This document shows, one piece after another, positions 32,931-47,471 of a DNA stretch of 64,000 bases. Source of the stretch: Veleropilina oligotropha (taxonomy: Eukaryota); NCBI GenBank assembly GCA_048128005.1, contig JBEUKZ010000008.1, forward strand, positions 186,001-250,000, in the 5' to 3' direction. The notes under the pieces are model-generated. The model searched no databases. It saw only the letters and a program-made list of their open reading frames with translations, and was not told the origin of the DNA. Made by a program: the position numbers and the translations under genes. Every line of letters starts with the position of its first letter. The first letter of the stretch is position 1.

Positions 32931-34082
32931 ATATTATTATTGATTATATTGTTGAATTTACGATTATGTTTGTCCAGATATGGTTATGATTGTTTGCAAT
33001 ATTGTTGGTGAAATGGTTATGGTTACATATTGTTTGATTTAATTGATTAGGCCTATATTGTTTTCGTTAACGTGTCGGGCTAAAAAAGATATCAGATAAT
33101 TTCAACGAAATGATTTCCTGTACTTGATCGATTGAGTAAAAATAATTGTAACAAAAAGAAAAACACTAGTAACAATAAATTATTACTGTAACGAAAAAAG
33201 TAAAATATGAGTAAAAATAAAGGTAACGAAAAAGGAAAATATTTAAAACTGTCTTTGCTATAATGCTCTATTGTAATTGTTTTCTACTAAATATTATACA
33301 ATTTAAAATAAGCTATACACAATTCTGACAAACGCTAAAATCATCGACATGTAAAAATACATTTGATGTGTATTGGTGAAATCGTAGATCTTTGAATCAG
33401 GGATAGAGGTTTACGGGTTTCTGGACAACTCGCTAAATGCAGTAGCAGGTGATTCGCAAACAATCCGCTAAACACTGCAGTATACAAATCGTCCTCCTTC
33501 TCCAGACACTAGAATGAAACTCGAGACTACAAAAAAGAGCCATCCCAGCAGGTTACCCCAGACACAAATTACTGTACTCCACTAATGCTAAAAATACTGG
33601 GCTGTTCCGTTTACAATTTTACCAGCCCGTGAGTGGGCGAAAGAAACTATGCAATGATTAATAGAGGTAGTCATTTGTCATATCCTTCCTAACAAGCGCC
33701 AAATCCCAACAATCGACTCGTTTAGGGTGTATTGTGTTAATGTATATAAACAATGGTAGCGGTTTATGAGCGTGTGAACCAGTTTGGACGAGGGCGTCAA
33801 GGGAAGTGCCGAATGCCCATGCATTTCCTTCGAACTGGTGGAAGATTTGCGTTGGAGTTGCGTGGAAGCTTGGCTGGTTTTCTTCAACGATAGGCCGCCA
33901 AGTTTTTATCGCTTCTTTGTAGTGGAAAGTAGGAAAGTTGATTTTAAATGTAAATTTTCAATCAAGTTTTTGTCTATGCACACAAGAAAGCTTTAGTTTG
34001 CAGCGTGTGCGGTTTTCAGCGAGTTTGGACTACCCTCCAAACGGACGCATTCTCACCAGAGTTGCGTCTGTCCATTGAAGGA

Positions 34083-34178
34083 ATGGCGAATTGCAGACTT
34101 TTGCCCCTCTGTTATAGGACTTCATTTATAGTATTTGTGATATTTCTTTCTTCGCTTGCACAGGGAGCCGACCATGTG
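34083..34178 (+). CDS. Probable first coding exon (signal peptide) of a host secreted/membrane protein
   Basis: MANCRLLPLCYRTSFIVFVIFLSSLAQGADHV: n/h/c regions with an AQG-A cleavage site, followed by a canonical GTAAGT donor, phase 0. Confidence 0.65.
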
Positions 34179-35177
34179 GTAAGTTATTTGTCTTCTTCAA
34201 CAATATACTTCATTTCAAACGCACAAATCCACTTTCTTTTATGAAGTTGTGTATAGGATTTTCACCAGAAGTGTTACTAGGCAACGGACAATGAATTCAT
34301 TGTTTTCGTCAATTATTTTCGGCAATGTGTCATTCAGATATAGGTCTGTAGACTTGGCAGTGACGATTCGGCAGACACTTGCTCCGGCCGTTATCACTTA
34401 AATTGTGTAGTGCAGACACGACAATAAAGTCGATAGCAGCCAACACTAAGCACACAAGCAGACGACTGGGGCCTTTCAGTTTTACAACCTGTAGGTGCCA
34501 TGGTTGTTGGAAAACACCAGTCGGTCGTCAACTAAAAGGTTTCTTTATGGGGGTGATGTTAATATGCAAATTTTCCTTAACAAAGAAATTTTTAAATAAT
34601 TATTTGTATATATATAATTATATACCTGAAAATTAAGAATTTTCAAGTAATATTATTACAAAAAGAAATTAAATTTCATTTGAACATGATTTTCATGCTG
34701 TTGTGTTCAGGTTATGATAATTAAAAAGACTGTTCAGTATAAATTATCAGGTTTTTAATAAGAACTTCCTCTGTTATTTGATGTAATTGATAAGAATCAG
34801 TTTTTAATTTTTCTTTCCATTCTGATTGGATTTATGTTTGTCTTCTCAACATGGATGATCAGATTATTGACAATTGTGACCCACCTGCCTTGGCTGGTTT
34901 TATAGGGACTGCAGTGAATGATAGGCCACATGAAAAGTCACCATCACTTTAAAACCCCATGCAGCTCGCGGGAGTGGATGGAAAACTGCGCTGTTACAAC
35001 ATCTATGCCACAAGGGCGATTTCCATTATAATAAATTTTTCATCAGTCCAAAATTTTATGGACAATTTAATAGTATATTATGCATAAATTAGAATAGTTT
35101 AATTGAACTTAAAAATTGAAATAAATTTAATATAATGGTTGTGAGTTATCACTACTAATGTAGTTATATAATGATGT

Positions 35178-35358
35178 GGGGGCAGCATGGCCGAGTGGAT
35201 ACGGTGCTGGTCTACAAAACGGGAGGTCACGGTTCCAATGATCGCTGCCTCCATTGCACACAGCACCAATTCATCTCATGAATCATTCAAAGTTGATTGA
35301 CCCGATTTATAACTGAAATACTGTTGGCGTGTTCGTAAAACATCAATTCATCCATCCA
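35178..35358 (+). mobile_element. tRNA-derived SINE, family C
   Basis: TGGCCGAGTGG A box, body shared with 23180, (ATCC)n tail. Confidence 0.7.
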
Positions 35359-38300
35359 TATAATGATATACAGTGTCTGAATGAATGTGGTTATCCTTAA
35401 TAAAATGTAATTATGAAGTTGTGAGAGATCGATCAGCTCTTTGAGCAAGACTAAAAACCTGCACCTTTAACACATTCACTGCCAGTATGTACATGTAGTG
35501 CTGTGTTATAGGGGCCGAGATATCTCGTCCCTGGCAGGGGATGTGTTAAGTGACTGTAGTAAATGTCATAACATGGCAGAACTAGTCCCTAGAGATCAGT
35601 ATAAGGTCGTTGACTGGCTCTCCAGGGGCAGAAGCTTAATTGACCAGTCAGCAATTTACTCTATTTATTGTTAAAACAAAGTTGGTGTGGCCTTTAAAAT
35701 CGTTTATGCTGTAAACGCTAATTGACCATGCACTTGCATTTTCAATGTAAATATCAAAGATGACTTATTTCATTCAATTATAAGGCGATAGTGTGTTGTG
35801 GCCAGGATCAATATTTACATTGCAGTCAGACAGATGCATGAATCACTTTTAGCATCTGGCCTATCCATGTTCTGTTCACCTAAGTGATATATATATATAT
35901 ATGTATCAGTTGATACTGACGTAATCTTGAGATATCATGATCTAGACACATGGGTGCGAAATGCTTGAAATGTGATCTAATTTACTGAAATTTCCTATTT
36001 GCCCAGAATGATAGATAAAGGAATGTTTTATAATAGTTTTCAACATTCCTTCTGGCTTTTTCAGATGTAGCTGTGCAGCTTCATCCTAGCTAGATTATGT
36101 ATGCATAAAAGTCATGTTTAATATTATCACAACATCGTCAATTCAGACAATTCAATAAAGTTTGAATTCACTCGGAACCAGTGGATTTGATATTATTTTT
36201 TATACTACTTTTACTAGTGTATAACAGAGCTCAGTACAGTCAAACACATCAGACATCAGAAGGCCACTACTAGCATACTCTGCAATCAGCTATTGTTTAT
36301 TGGAAAAACATTAAATTTAGAAGAGGCAATATTTATGCAGTTCAAATAAAATAAAATATTTAAAATCTTCATTTTATTTTCTGTACATTTTCTTACCATA
36401 TATGAATTTAACTCGATATGCAGACAAATTCCTTATAAATAAGGACAAAATGTCTGGGTACCAATATTATAAGATGTCCTCTCTGTACTTGTAGGATATT
36501 GTGCTCACTGAAGGGCTATTGACATGTCATTTACCAAGCAACCCAACCTCTTGCAAATATTTGTGAATAATATCAAATAACGGAAAGCATAGACTTTGAC
36601 AGCAGTGTCAATATGACTTTTATAAGCTTTCTACAAGAGGTGATTAAAGTATACAAAACAAGTGGCAAATCTTTTATTCATTATAGAATGTGTAAATTAT
36701 ACATTGAAATAACAAGATGGACATATATATACATATACATGCACTTTGTGCATGGGTAGACGTAACATGACACTCGGTGATTTAATGTTCTAGGCCTCTG
36801 TGTGACCTATAGCTAATGTTGAAATTTATGAAAAGATTCTGTGGTCATAAATCTTAGCAAGTTCAATGAAATAGGTCGATTTGCGATGAAAACATCTTGC
36901 TTCAATTGCTTACCCCAATAATTATTATTGTGCATATACTTCTCTTGCCTATTTTGCACTGCTGAAATGTTAATTTTATGTGCCTTGAAAGTGCGGTTAT
37001 CTTTTTAAAATACATATTATGTTAAGTATGTCATTATTTTATCAGTGGTTTACAAAGCATAATTATGAATATTTGAAACTTGTGTGCGATTGCTCCGGTG
37101 TCGAGTGGGGTAAGGGTTGCTCCCATTTCACTCATGTTGACTGCTCTGTCGCTTGGAAGTGGGTTATAATGTTCGGCTTTAATGAGACTATTGCCCGTGA
37201 ATGCGCTCTTTTCGTGACTGTAAATCATGACTGATCACCCTGTATCGCACGGTTCGCGCAGATTGATAAATTGTTTGTATAGATATGATCGATATATGAT
37301 CAAATGATAGACTTAATGAATTTATTATTGTAAATGGGCAATATATATTATTGTCAAGTGGAAAGCTATCTTGATGGGCAGAAACCTACGCAACTCTGCT
37401 CCAACTTTGTCAATTGGAAATGCACTCTGTTCGAGGTAATTAAAAGCGGACCGCGTTTAATTATTTTTAAATATTCAGTAACGAGTAATTTAAGAGGTAG
37501 CAAATTACTGACGAAAGTTGAGTGTTGAAAATTCCTAACTTTTTTTATAAACAAAAACTGTAATGCGGTTAGTTTTCTTTTTAAAAAAGAAAGAGCGCAT
37601 ATACGGGCAATAGTCTCTTTAAGACCATGAAGAGTTGTTTGTCACGGTTGTCCATAGTTGGTTATGACAAGTGGGTTTCACCGGATAAGCCAACCTTTCT
37701 TCCCTCGATAATATGGACATTGTATATATGTTAAATATATGTGTGTGCAAATGCAATGGATAAGATGATGTGGTCAGAAGATTGAATGTAGGTTGAGTGT
37801 CTTTCCCGTAGCAATGCAAACTTCCTTCCTTTCAATTATAAGTTCGACATTAATTTGTCTTCAAAATATTGCGCAGAACTACAAAATGTATTACATAGCT
37901 GCTAAGCTTGACTATTTTTGCCGTTGCATTCATTTTCCTGGAATCCTGAGAATACTGTGCACAAAAGGTGTGATTTATCTCTTTCTTGTCGGATGTCACA
38001 CTATCTGTTATCTGGATCAGGTAGTGGTGTGATGGAGTGTTATGCTCCAAGTTCCAGCTTTTCAGCGTTTTAGCAGGTGCCAGTTTTGACATGAACCACT
38101 GCTGCCATATTTTGATCTGCATAATAAGAGTGTTGGCACAAGTTCTTCTCATACCAACTTGCTAGAAAGTCTGATTGCTATAACATATTAAATTTTGTCC
38201 CCTGTGCAAGTATATCTGCTCTCCATGCAATCTGGATCATTGTTTGTTTCTTTATCCTATATATTCCCCTGCCTCAACTGTGATCATACTAGGGAACATC

Positions 38301-40459
38301 TTGCTGCACTCACTTTGCAAATAAGTAGATACTTCAGTCAGCTGGGCGACCTTAGCTCATAAATATTATGTGTAATGTGCAAGTGTATGAAAGTCTGATT
38401 AAGTTGACTTTCAGGTCCTTCAAACAAACTTGGCTGGCAGTAATTGGATGGGTGTCGTCTGTGACCTCCAATTGCCTATTGCTTACTAAGCTACTTTATA
38501 TCAGTCTTAGATGTATGTGATAAGATATCAGCAGGGTTATATATATATAGTGAGATTTTATTGTAACTATACATGTACTAAGGAATGTTGACCACATCAA
38601 TACTGGTTTGTTTTGATATGAATTTTCCCAATTTAAAATACTAGGGTTATTTTGTAAACAGGTGCGTCGTTGCAAAGATTGTGTAAAAGTGTTTTAACAT
38701 TAAAAAGTTTCTCGTGTCAAATTTTTTTATTTTATAAATTTTAAAAGTTCATATAGGCTAAAATATTACATTTTACAGCCTTCGCATATATATATATATA
38801 TATATATATTAGGTAGCATGCATATGATATCATTAATCAAAATGATGTGACCCAATCCATATACGCCAGTTCAATAATACACTACAAAACAATTGTTAAT
38901 GGCAGGTTGTGATGGTAACCTGGAATAACAAGGGCCACCAAGCTCTTTAAATATATATATATACATATATATAACATTGTCACAAAGTGTCGACCAGCTG
39001 GTGGCGACACACAGTTTCTTCTAATAATTCAGTGAATAACGATGCTAACATCAGTTTATGTCAGTTTGTGTGTGTGTGTGTAATATTATAATTTATAACT
39101 TATAATAAGCAACATAACCAGAAATGCAAGATGTTCATGGAATAATGATAACCACCTATTAAACCATTGTTGTGACGTCATTCTATTGTCTTGACCCGTC
39201 GTTTAACTAACCTTAATCTTCAGTGTACCTTTGGATGTTCAATCAAGAAAACCATTTTGATATCTGATTATATTAACAAGATTTTAACTTCAAAAAGTAC
39301 CATTCATTGGTAGATCCATACCTATCGTTTCTAGGAACTTGTCGATGGGATGTAACCTGCGATGAATTTTTACCGTTGCTGTTTATGTTTATAACAGAAG
39401 ATGCATACATAATTGCGTGCTCAGCATTTTTCTAGGGGCGAGGACAAAAAAGAAACTATCGTTATTGTGGGCAGCATAAGGAGATTGTGGTATTCCGTCT
39501 AGTCATTTGTTTATATTTTGGGACTTAATGGAATTCCCCTTCTAATCACAATGGTCAACAAACGATGTATTGTCAACAAATCTCACCTAGACAGGCACAC
39601 ATCTTGTAGGCTCTAGACTGTTTTCACAGCGTGGGTGACATTTGTTATCTGCAGTCCTCAAAAGAATAAGCCATCAGTATTCTTATTGCTATTTCGTTCA
39701 GTTTTCAAGCTTTTAAACGTTTTCGTGCACTCTTCGTTCTTGAAAACTTTGCAACTAAACAAGAATGGCGCTCTATTGTTTTTGTGAAAATTTTGGAATG
39801 TCTGAATCGTACGCGAAAGTACTTTTAAGAATGATTGAATTGTTGACATTGCTTGCATTGACTAATTGAATAGTCTTCTACTAAGTTCTAGGTAAGAAGG
39901 TTGTTGCCGTTATTATTCATCTAAATGGAACAAGGTCGCCCCGGTCATCGAATGGGTAAGTGCGTGGCTACCAATTCACTAGTTATGACAATGACCGGCT
40001 TCGCACATCACGGTTCGAGACCTTGTAAGAGCATTGCAGTGCTACTCATAGTGTGTACCATAGCAGGCAGAAAAAGGTGGACATCACTGGACTTTGTGAT
40101 CATGCTCTGATATGACCCTTCAGAGTGTTACTATAAAATAATTCCAATCCAACCAAATCCAAAATTCAATCCAATAAGAAAGAATTAGTATAAATAGTGC
40201 AGGTGGCTTCCAAACCACTCAAAACTATTCAATTTCATTTAATCCTCTTAGCGTGGCTGGCATCAGGCGGCACCACATAGGGTTAATATGGTTTTGTTTG
40301 CATTAATGCTTAATGTCCTGTTTTTAACACTCTTCAGGTGCATACTGTACACATACTGTACACATACTGTACACATTATCGCAGGAGGAAAGCCTGGTTG
40401 CGCAGGTACGGCCAGCCGAGAATTTGATTCCACTTCTGTTAGACAATTAAAGCTGTGAG

Positions 40460-40688
40460 TTGAGTTGACAACTTGATTTTACGACCCCTTTGGCAATTTT
40501 TCAGCCTTACCGTGGTCAGGACACCCGGTTTAAGGTCTCACTCCGATCTGACCGACATACATTTAGGATATGCCATCTATTAGTTTTAAGCCTTAGAATA
40601 AGCCAGGCCGGAGCGGGCTTGAACCCACATTCTACCGTACCACATAACGTTTTTCCGACACTCTAACCAATTGAGCTATCGAGGACGG
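40460..40688 (-). mobile_element. tRNA-derived SINE, family B
   Basis: Closely similar to 60137-60367 and 62535-62760; head TAGCTCAATTGG ... GGTTCAAGCCC. Confidence 0.85.
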
Positions 40689-40730
40689 TCAATTAACGCT
40701 GTCAAGTGAGTGAATTGAGAGCCCATGGTC

Positions 40731-41750
40731 TAATGCATGGCTGATACTTGCACGAATTTTGGTCACAAATAGGTCCGCATGGTGGCGTGCCAATGATGGA
40801 ACTAGTCGTGAAAGCATGATTGGGGCTTCGTGTCAAATGCGTACGTGCGCTCCAGCCAGTGCAAGATTTTTTTGAAATTTTCAAAAAAGTGTCGCCATCT
40901 TTTTCGTGCCAGTGGCGTGGCAGATGCGCAACTTGTGCGCGACTTATGCGTAATAATTGCGGATCATTAAGTGTCACTGCTTGCCATTGCATACCTTCGT
41001 GGGAATTTTGAAATCGTAATCAGCCATGGTACGCAATTGGCACGCATACATTGCGCATAGTTTGGGGGGGGGGGGGGAATTATGCTTAATGTCCTGTATA
41101 TTTATAACATCGAGGTTCAAGGCAGGACATGTCCGTGTTATCGCGGGAGGAAACCCCGATCGCCGGGTAAACCCGCCCTCTTCGGCCAGTCACGGACAAC
41201 TGTGCTTCATAACTTGAACAAATGTGTGCTGCCTCAGCCGGGGGTCGATCCCACTACCGGTACTGTTCGCGTCAGCGGAAACAAGCCAGTGAATTTAGAG
41301 TGGACACTCTACCCGCTGCGCTACCGAAGCGGCCCTGCATAGTTTGGGCAGAGTTTGCACAATATATTCGCTATATAGCATACCTAGGCGTGAGCCTTCG
41401 CACCCCAAATTCCTGAACGATGACTTCACGCATGCGTATCAATGAGTAACCATTTGTGCCACTGAGTGGACAAGCATGCACAGGCGTGACATCATCGCAA
41501 CTTATGCACAAGTATATGCGTACCCTTTACGCAACTAGGGCATAGTGAAGATAGCCATGACGTTACCATTTCGTGACATGGATGTATCACATGTTTGTGT
41601 CAGATGCGCACATAGTTCGTAACTAATGCATGTTAGATGGCATGATATGGCGTAAACTGACAAGTTTTGTGCCCCAAATTGGCGCGTGATGGCACGCCAC
41701 CATGCGGACCTAATCGTGACCAAATTCGTGCAAGTGTCAGCCATGCATTA
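40731..41750. mobile_element. Non-autonomous DNA transposon with ~35-bp TIRs, carrying a SINE A insertion
   Basis: TAATGCATGGCTGATACTTGCACGAATTTTGGTCAC at left; reverse complement with 2 differences ending at 41750. Confidence 0.8.
41067..41336 (-). mobile_element. SINE family A, full length, with 12-bp TSD GCATAGTTTGGG
   Basis: TSD at 41055-41066 and 41337-41348. Confidence 0.9.
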
Positions 41751-41958
41751 TTCCACTCAACCCCTGGTATACCTCTGTTTAATATGATAATGATTCCACT
41801 CAACCCCTGGTATACCTCTGTTTAATATGATATTGATTCCAGTCAACCCCTGCTATACCTCTGTTTAATATGATAATGATTCCACTCAACCCCTGGTATA
41901 CCTCTGTTTAATATGATAATGATTCCACTCAACCCCTGGTATACCTCTGTTTAATATG

Positions 41959-44387
41959 CAGGGATGGGAATCTTCAACGTCCAAATCCGATGAGATATTT
42001 TAGGGGGGGTGAGGTCTTTATTTTTGAAAATAGTATCATAAAAATTACTTCAGTAGTAAAAAGATAATATATATCTTGTATTTTCTTATAAACTACCCAC
42101 CTTCAGTTCAGATATCAACTGCATTTACTAGCAGTTAACCGTTTTGACTTGGTACGAACCAGTTCTTAGACGCAATACCAAATGTAAATGCCGATTTAAA
42201 CTCGGAAATGTTCGGATATTTTCGGGATTTCCGATCCTTTAGTTTTTCGACTATCGTATCGTTTCGTATATTTCCGGGCGCCATGCATTTGACATCGGAA
42301 ATACCAGAATGGTTTGCACGCTTCAATATCGATTGGATAAAAGGTGACGTCGCTCGCATTTTTTAACCAATCAAGACTTCGTTAGTAACAGCCTACGTTT
42401 GGATATTTTGAGGGAGACTAAGCGATAGTGAAACTAATTGACAAAGATGTACGAATCAAATGTCGCTGGACATGGTTAGACAAGACTGTGACGTTAAGTG
42501 TCAAAATCGGAAACAACACAGAAGAAGTTGCTGAAAAATTATCGGATTATATAGCGAAATGTGGCTTTCCAGGAAAAGCGCTTTGCACATAGGGGCCTAC
42601 GACAATGATGTTTTAAACTACCGGTACACTTCTCGCGGATCCATGTGACATTATTAGAACATGCCACGAAAGGCAAAACGCACCAAGATAACAAGATTCA
42701 TCGAACCAATTATTCCCTGGGATCGGCGTTTAAGCACTCGTAGTCTCTGAAGATAATATAAGTATGGAATATTTTAAATTAAAAAAAATGTGGCTCAAAA
42801 CAATTTATTGTACATCGCAATATTTAAATGATTGCTACTATCATTTTTGGCTCGCATGCAATGCGAGTCTATGTATTAATGAGCATGTCGTCCATCCGTT
42901 CGGCCGTCCGGTTTTTATGCCACCACCAATTTATTGGGGTGGCATTTAGATTTACTCTTGTCCGTCCCGTCCGTCCGTCCCGTCCCGTCCGTCCCGAAAC
43001 CAGTATTTGCGTGTAAGCAACTCCAATCTGCTATAACTTCTATTTGCCTTCATGGATTGACTTGATACTTTGTACACTGCCCCTATGGTCAAGGCTGCCA
43101 GTGGGGGCATTCGTGTCCGATGGACATATTTCTAGTTGGATATAATTTCATGCTATATAGCAACAATATGCATGTTTTAACATTAAAACATGTGTTATAT
43201 ATCACTATGTCATTGTTACCTGGCCCTAAATAAATAATATTGAAATAATATAATTTAAATTTTACTATGAAATGTCAATTTTGAACTAGAAATTTTCGTT
43301 AAAGGTTTTGGTTAAAGTTTCTCAAGCATGCTATATGTGCAACAAAAGGCATACTTTTGGATCTTTCTTTGTCATCTAACCCTCGGGTACAAATATTGAG
43401 CGCAATTTAATTGAAATTTACCCATAAATTACCACTTTTGGACTTTGAAATCTACTATTGAATGTGAACACAAGATGAAATATAAGTGATTGATGCGCAT
43501 TTTCATGCATGCGATCCATTTCGAGCTTTTGCTCTTGTCGTTTATAAATAATATTACTCTGGGTCTACTCTAGCAGCTTGAAATTTTTACCTGCGTCTAG
43601 CAGGGTTAATGAATGGTACAAGGTAGTTGTTGTTCTTCTTGGGGGGAAGACAATTTTGAAATGATTTCAACCAGATCTTCCACCTTTTAGGCGACTTCGA
43701 CAACAAGCCAATTTGAAAAAAGTGCATGACCACTTGATGTATGAATTGAGAGATGCTGCCTAACAGAATAGCAAATTACCATGACAGCCGCTTTGATGAA
43801 TAAATATTAAATCATACAGAAACGTGGTCTGTATTATATGTATCACACATGTTTCACAGTAGTAAAAGAGGTATAACAGTTAAACATTTTAAGATTTTGC
43901 ATACTTTATTAAATTATAATTAATCAACTTTATTATAGTTAACTAAGTCTGTCAAAGGGGCGTAACTCTTGAAAACCAATTTGTGAATTCCATGAAATCA
44001 TAAAGAAACATGGTCTGTATTATATGTATCACACATGTTTCACAGTAGAAATTTTGCTTATGACGCAGGTTATTGCACACATTATGTGCTTGTTTTGATC
44101 ATAACTGTCATAAGATGTAACATTGTAAGAGAAAATGTTGTTCTTCATATTGTGTCACTACTATGGTAATATATGTAGATAATATGGCAAAATTTCAAGA
44201 CATAAATTGACCCTGAAAATGCCTGAAATGCTCTCTCCAGCCTTCTAGATTTCAAATTTTTTCGGGGGAGATCGCCCGAACCCCCCTTACGAGAGGGGCG
44301 GAGCCCCTCTCGTGCTCTCCCTTGTCGGGCCTTCGGCCCTCCATGTGTATTTTCCTCTGAAAATAACTTTTGCCATTCCCATCCCTG
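41959..44387. mobile_element. Non-autonomous hAT-like DNA transposon, 13-bp TIR CAGGGATGGGAAT, 6-bp TSD AATATG
   Basis: TIRs at 41959 and 44387; AATATG at 41953-41958 and 44388-44393; no transposase ORF. Confidence 0.85.
42845..43540 (+). mobile_element. Helentron-type non-autonomous element with a second such element nested (~42912-43137)
   Basis: The TTGGCTCGCATGCA start and GCGAGC/TCGAGC...GCTCTTGT end are shared with 50097-52767. The nested part matches 63304 onward and has the GTCC microsatellite. Confidence 0.6.
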
Positions 44388-45720
44388 AATATGATAATGA
44401 TTCCACTCAACCCCTGGGATACCTCTGTTTAATATGATAATGATTCCACTCAACCCCTGGGATACCTCTGTTTAATATGATAATGATTCTACTCAACCCC
44501 TGGTATACTTCTGTTTAATATGATAATGATTCCACTCAACCCCTGGTATACCTCTGTTTAATATGATAATGATTCCACTCAACCCCTGGTATACCTCTAT
44601 TTAATATGATAATGATTCCACTCAACCCATTGGATACCTCTGTTTAATATGATAATGAATGATGTCATCATATGGCAGCATAGAGTGAGTAACGATGGTA
44701 TTGTTTATGGTAGCTGTGAAATCTCCTTTTATGCCCTCAGTTTATTCCACAAGTTGCAGGCATTTCAGTATTGATGGTAACATTAGATAATAGGACTTCT
44801 GCCCTAACCGCAACTTCATTGACTACACTGATTCAATAGATTGAACGTATGGTTCAACCTGCACTCAAACTTTATTAGTCAAGGTGGACATGTTCATTCG
44901 ATATTTATGACTTTCCTCTCAAAATAAAATGTCCCCCCATGACATCGACCCTTGCAGTTTATTGTATCAAGCTGTCAGTTATTTTACTCATGTCTGTATA
45001 ATTCGTTATCTGTCTGCTCCGATATCTTAGCACTGATCTGTGATGTTATTTCAGACAGAATTTTTTTATATCTGAAATATTGTTAAAGTGCATGTTATTG
45101 AATAAACAAAGTATCCAGCCATGTGTGACCTAAGCTATTGATATTATATAACATTGTATGAAACTAGATGCATTAAATGATTAGGTAATGCGAAGGTTTG
45201 TAAACTACTTTTGTAATGGGTTACTGTATCCCCAAACAGTATTATATCTGTCCATGTGCTATGGTGTTTGGTAGTGCAAGTCTCCTGGGGACATTTGTGT
45301 CTGGAGCATTCCTACAGATATCCTTTGTGTTTATTTCTTAAGCCAGTTGTCAATTGGGTGGAACTGACTTGTATAGAGTCAGACACTTGGGTGTACACAT
45401 GCATATACGACTGGCGAGCCACATGCATGATGTACATTGCATTATCTGAAATGCACGCCCATGCTGTGTATAATTGATGTGTAATGCATCTATACATGTG
45501 TCAGACATAAACAATGGGGCATAGCAGGTTTTATGAATTGAGGCCAAGCAGTAGTATAATCATGTGTAATTTGGCGAGTAATTAAACAGTTTTATGTATA
45601 TATATACATATATGGAATGAACAATAAATTTATGCGTGTGCAACACAATTATGTTCTTTTATTATTACCCTAATCCATGTAGTGTTGTTTGAAGGGTATT
45701 GCTATTGTGTTGATTATGTT

Positions 45721-45996
45721 AGTGTTCTCCCCGGGTACTTAATATAAGGTGGTGGGTCTGCCACCCTATGACCTTTCCCCGCCACCCTTTGACCCATCCC
45801 TGCACCGTTCAACACCTTTTTTTTTAAATTTTATAATGACCACCATAACAGATGTTGGCCCCATAGAAGCCATAATAATTAATAATAATAATAATATATA
45901 TGCATGCATACATACATCCATACATGTATACATACATGCGATCCCCTCCGCGACATAATTCCTCCGCCTTATAATTTCAATCTGGAGAGAACCCTG
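45721..45996 (-). mobile_element. MITE, same family as 62018-62276
   Basis: Inverted homologue: CCCTCCGCGACATAATT...CGCCTTATAATTTCAA...GAGAACCCTG. Confidence 0.75.
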
Positions 45997-47471
45997 TGTT
46001 ATATTTGTCCATGTGTCTCTGTCCAATGTACGGAAAGGACAATGACAGGATTTATATTCTACTGTCCGATCCGGTTGACAAAAGTCAATAAAATATTGTT
46101 TAAACTATAAATGTAAATATGTCTGTCTGTGGCTGTTTCTCTGTATGTACTGGTCTGATTTACTTGAAACTTTTACACAAGTATCAGTGACTAAGGCCAC
46201 AAATCCTGGGAATTACAAAAAATTATCTGTCGGGATCGAGGTCCAGATTTTGTGACTACATTTGCACGTTTTTATTTTGCTCTAGTCAGATATTTCTGGC
46301 TTTCATCAAGGTGTTCCTTAACAACATTTAGATTACTACGTTATGTCATTATAAAAGCGTATCACAACACATGGATGCTATAGCAGAGAGTCACAATTGA
46401 TGCCCGGTGAGGATTTGCGCTCTTGGATAGTTGATTATGTTTCTTGAATACTTTTTGGCTTCTTGATAATTTAAAATTTGTCTGTCACCTATGACAAATG
46501 ATTTATTGCAATTTCTATAATTATTATAATAGTTAGGTTGCAGTATATAGAGAATTTCATATTATATGCGTGATATTAATTGGTAAAGATCAAAGGACGT
46601 ACAATCATGGATGTTTGTTATCATATGGGGGTTTTACCATGTAGATAAAGTATGCCATTTGTGGTACCCATGATCATCAAATTGGCCTACCACAGGCTTT
46701 GTTATCGTAGTTTCCTGCGGAAAATATTCACAGGAAGAATATACTAAATGTGATTCTGAAAATTCACCCAGCGTGAATAATTTTCAGTGTCAATAGTCGC
46801 CACCATTGGTATAATCGTTGTCGTAGATTTCCTCTTTGTGCATTGTGAAGTGGTAATTGAATGTTACTCATACAATAATAATGCCCGTGGATCGCTATAT
46901 GCTCAGAAATGGAGTTTAGTTCCACTTCGTTTGGTTTCAGCTAAAGCATATAATCATCATAAATAAAAAATATTACTGTTCACCCATTGAGAGTCATTTG
47001 GTCGGAAAATCAGTCTGTTACACCTGTAAATGTAGCAAACCTCAAAGAGTGCCTCGGGTCAACTGCAATATATTGCTCAGTCAGCAGTCTGGATATCAAA
47101 TAGCACAAAACACTAATCCCTGGATTATCAATTCAGTGGTGCAGATGTTGGGCCCATAATGATCGAATGTTGTGGTCTAGGACTTCTAAAAACTGTGAAT
47201 GTAAATGTATACAATGTCTTTATAAGGAAAATGTAATCTTACAGGGCTAGAAATACAAATTTAAAACCACTGGTCCATTCTGGACCACAAGGAATTTTAA
47301 ACACTGGCCAATATTTAAAATTTACTGGTCATAAATTATTATCCCCTCGGTTACCAACGGGGGGATCTTGCAGTCGCCCAGTCTGTCTGTCTGTATGTAA
47401 TCGATATCGTTTCCGGAGCATATCTCTTACACCGCTCGACATAACTTTACGAAACTTGCTGGGTGTATTAA

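Larger units (their letters stand above)
41751..44657. repeat. 43-bp minisatellite (TTCCACTCAACCCCTGGTATACCTCTGTTTAATATGATAATGA) split by a transposon
   Basis: About 5 units at 41751-41958 and about 6 at 44388-44657. Confidence 0.95.

Noticed and set aside
41751..44657. CRISPR-like 43-bp repeats
   Set aside because: Contiguous units with no spacers; an ordinary minisatellite.
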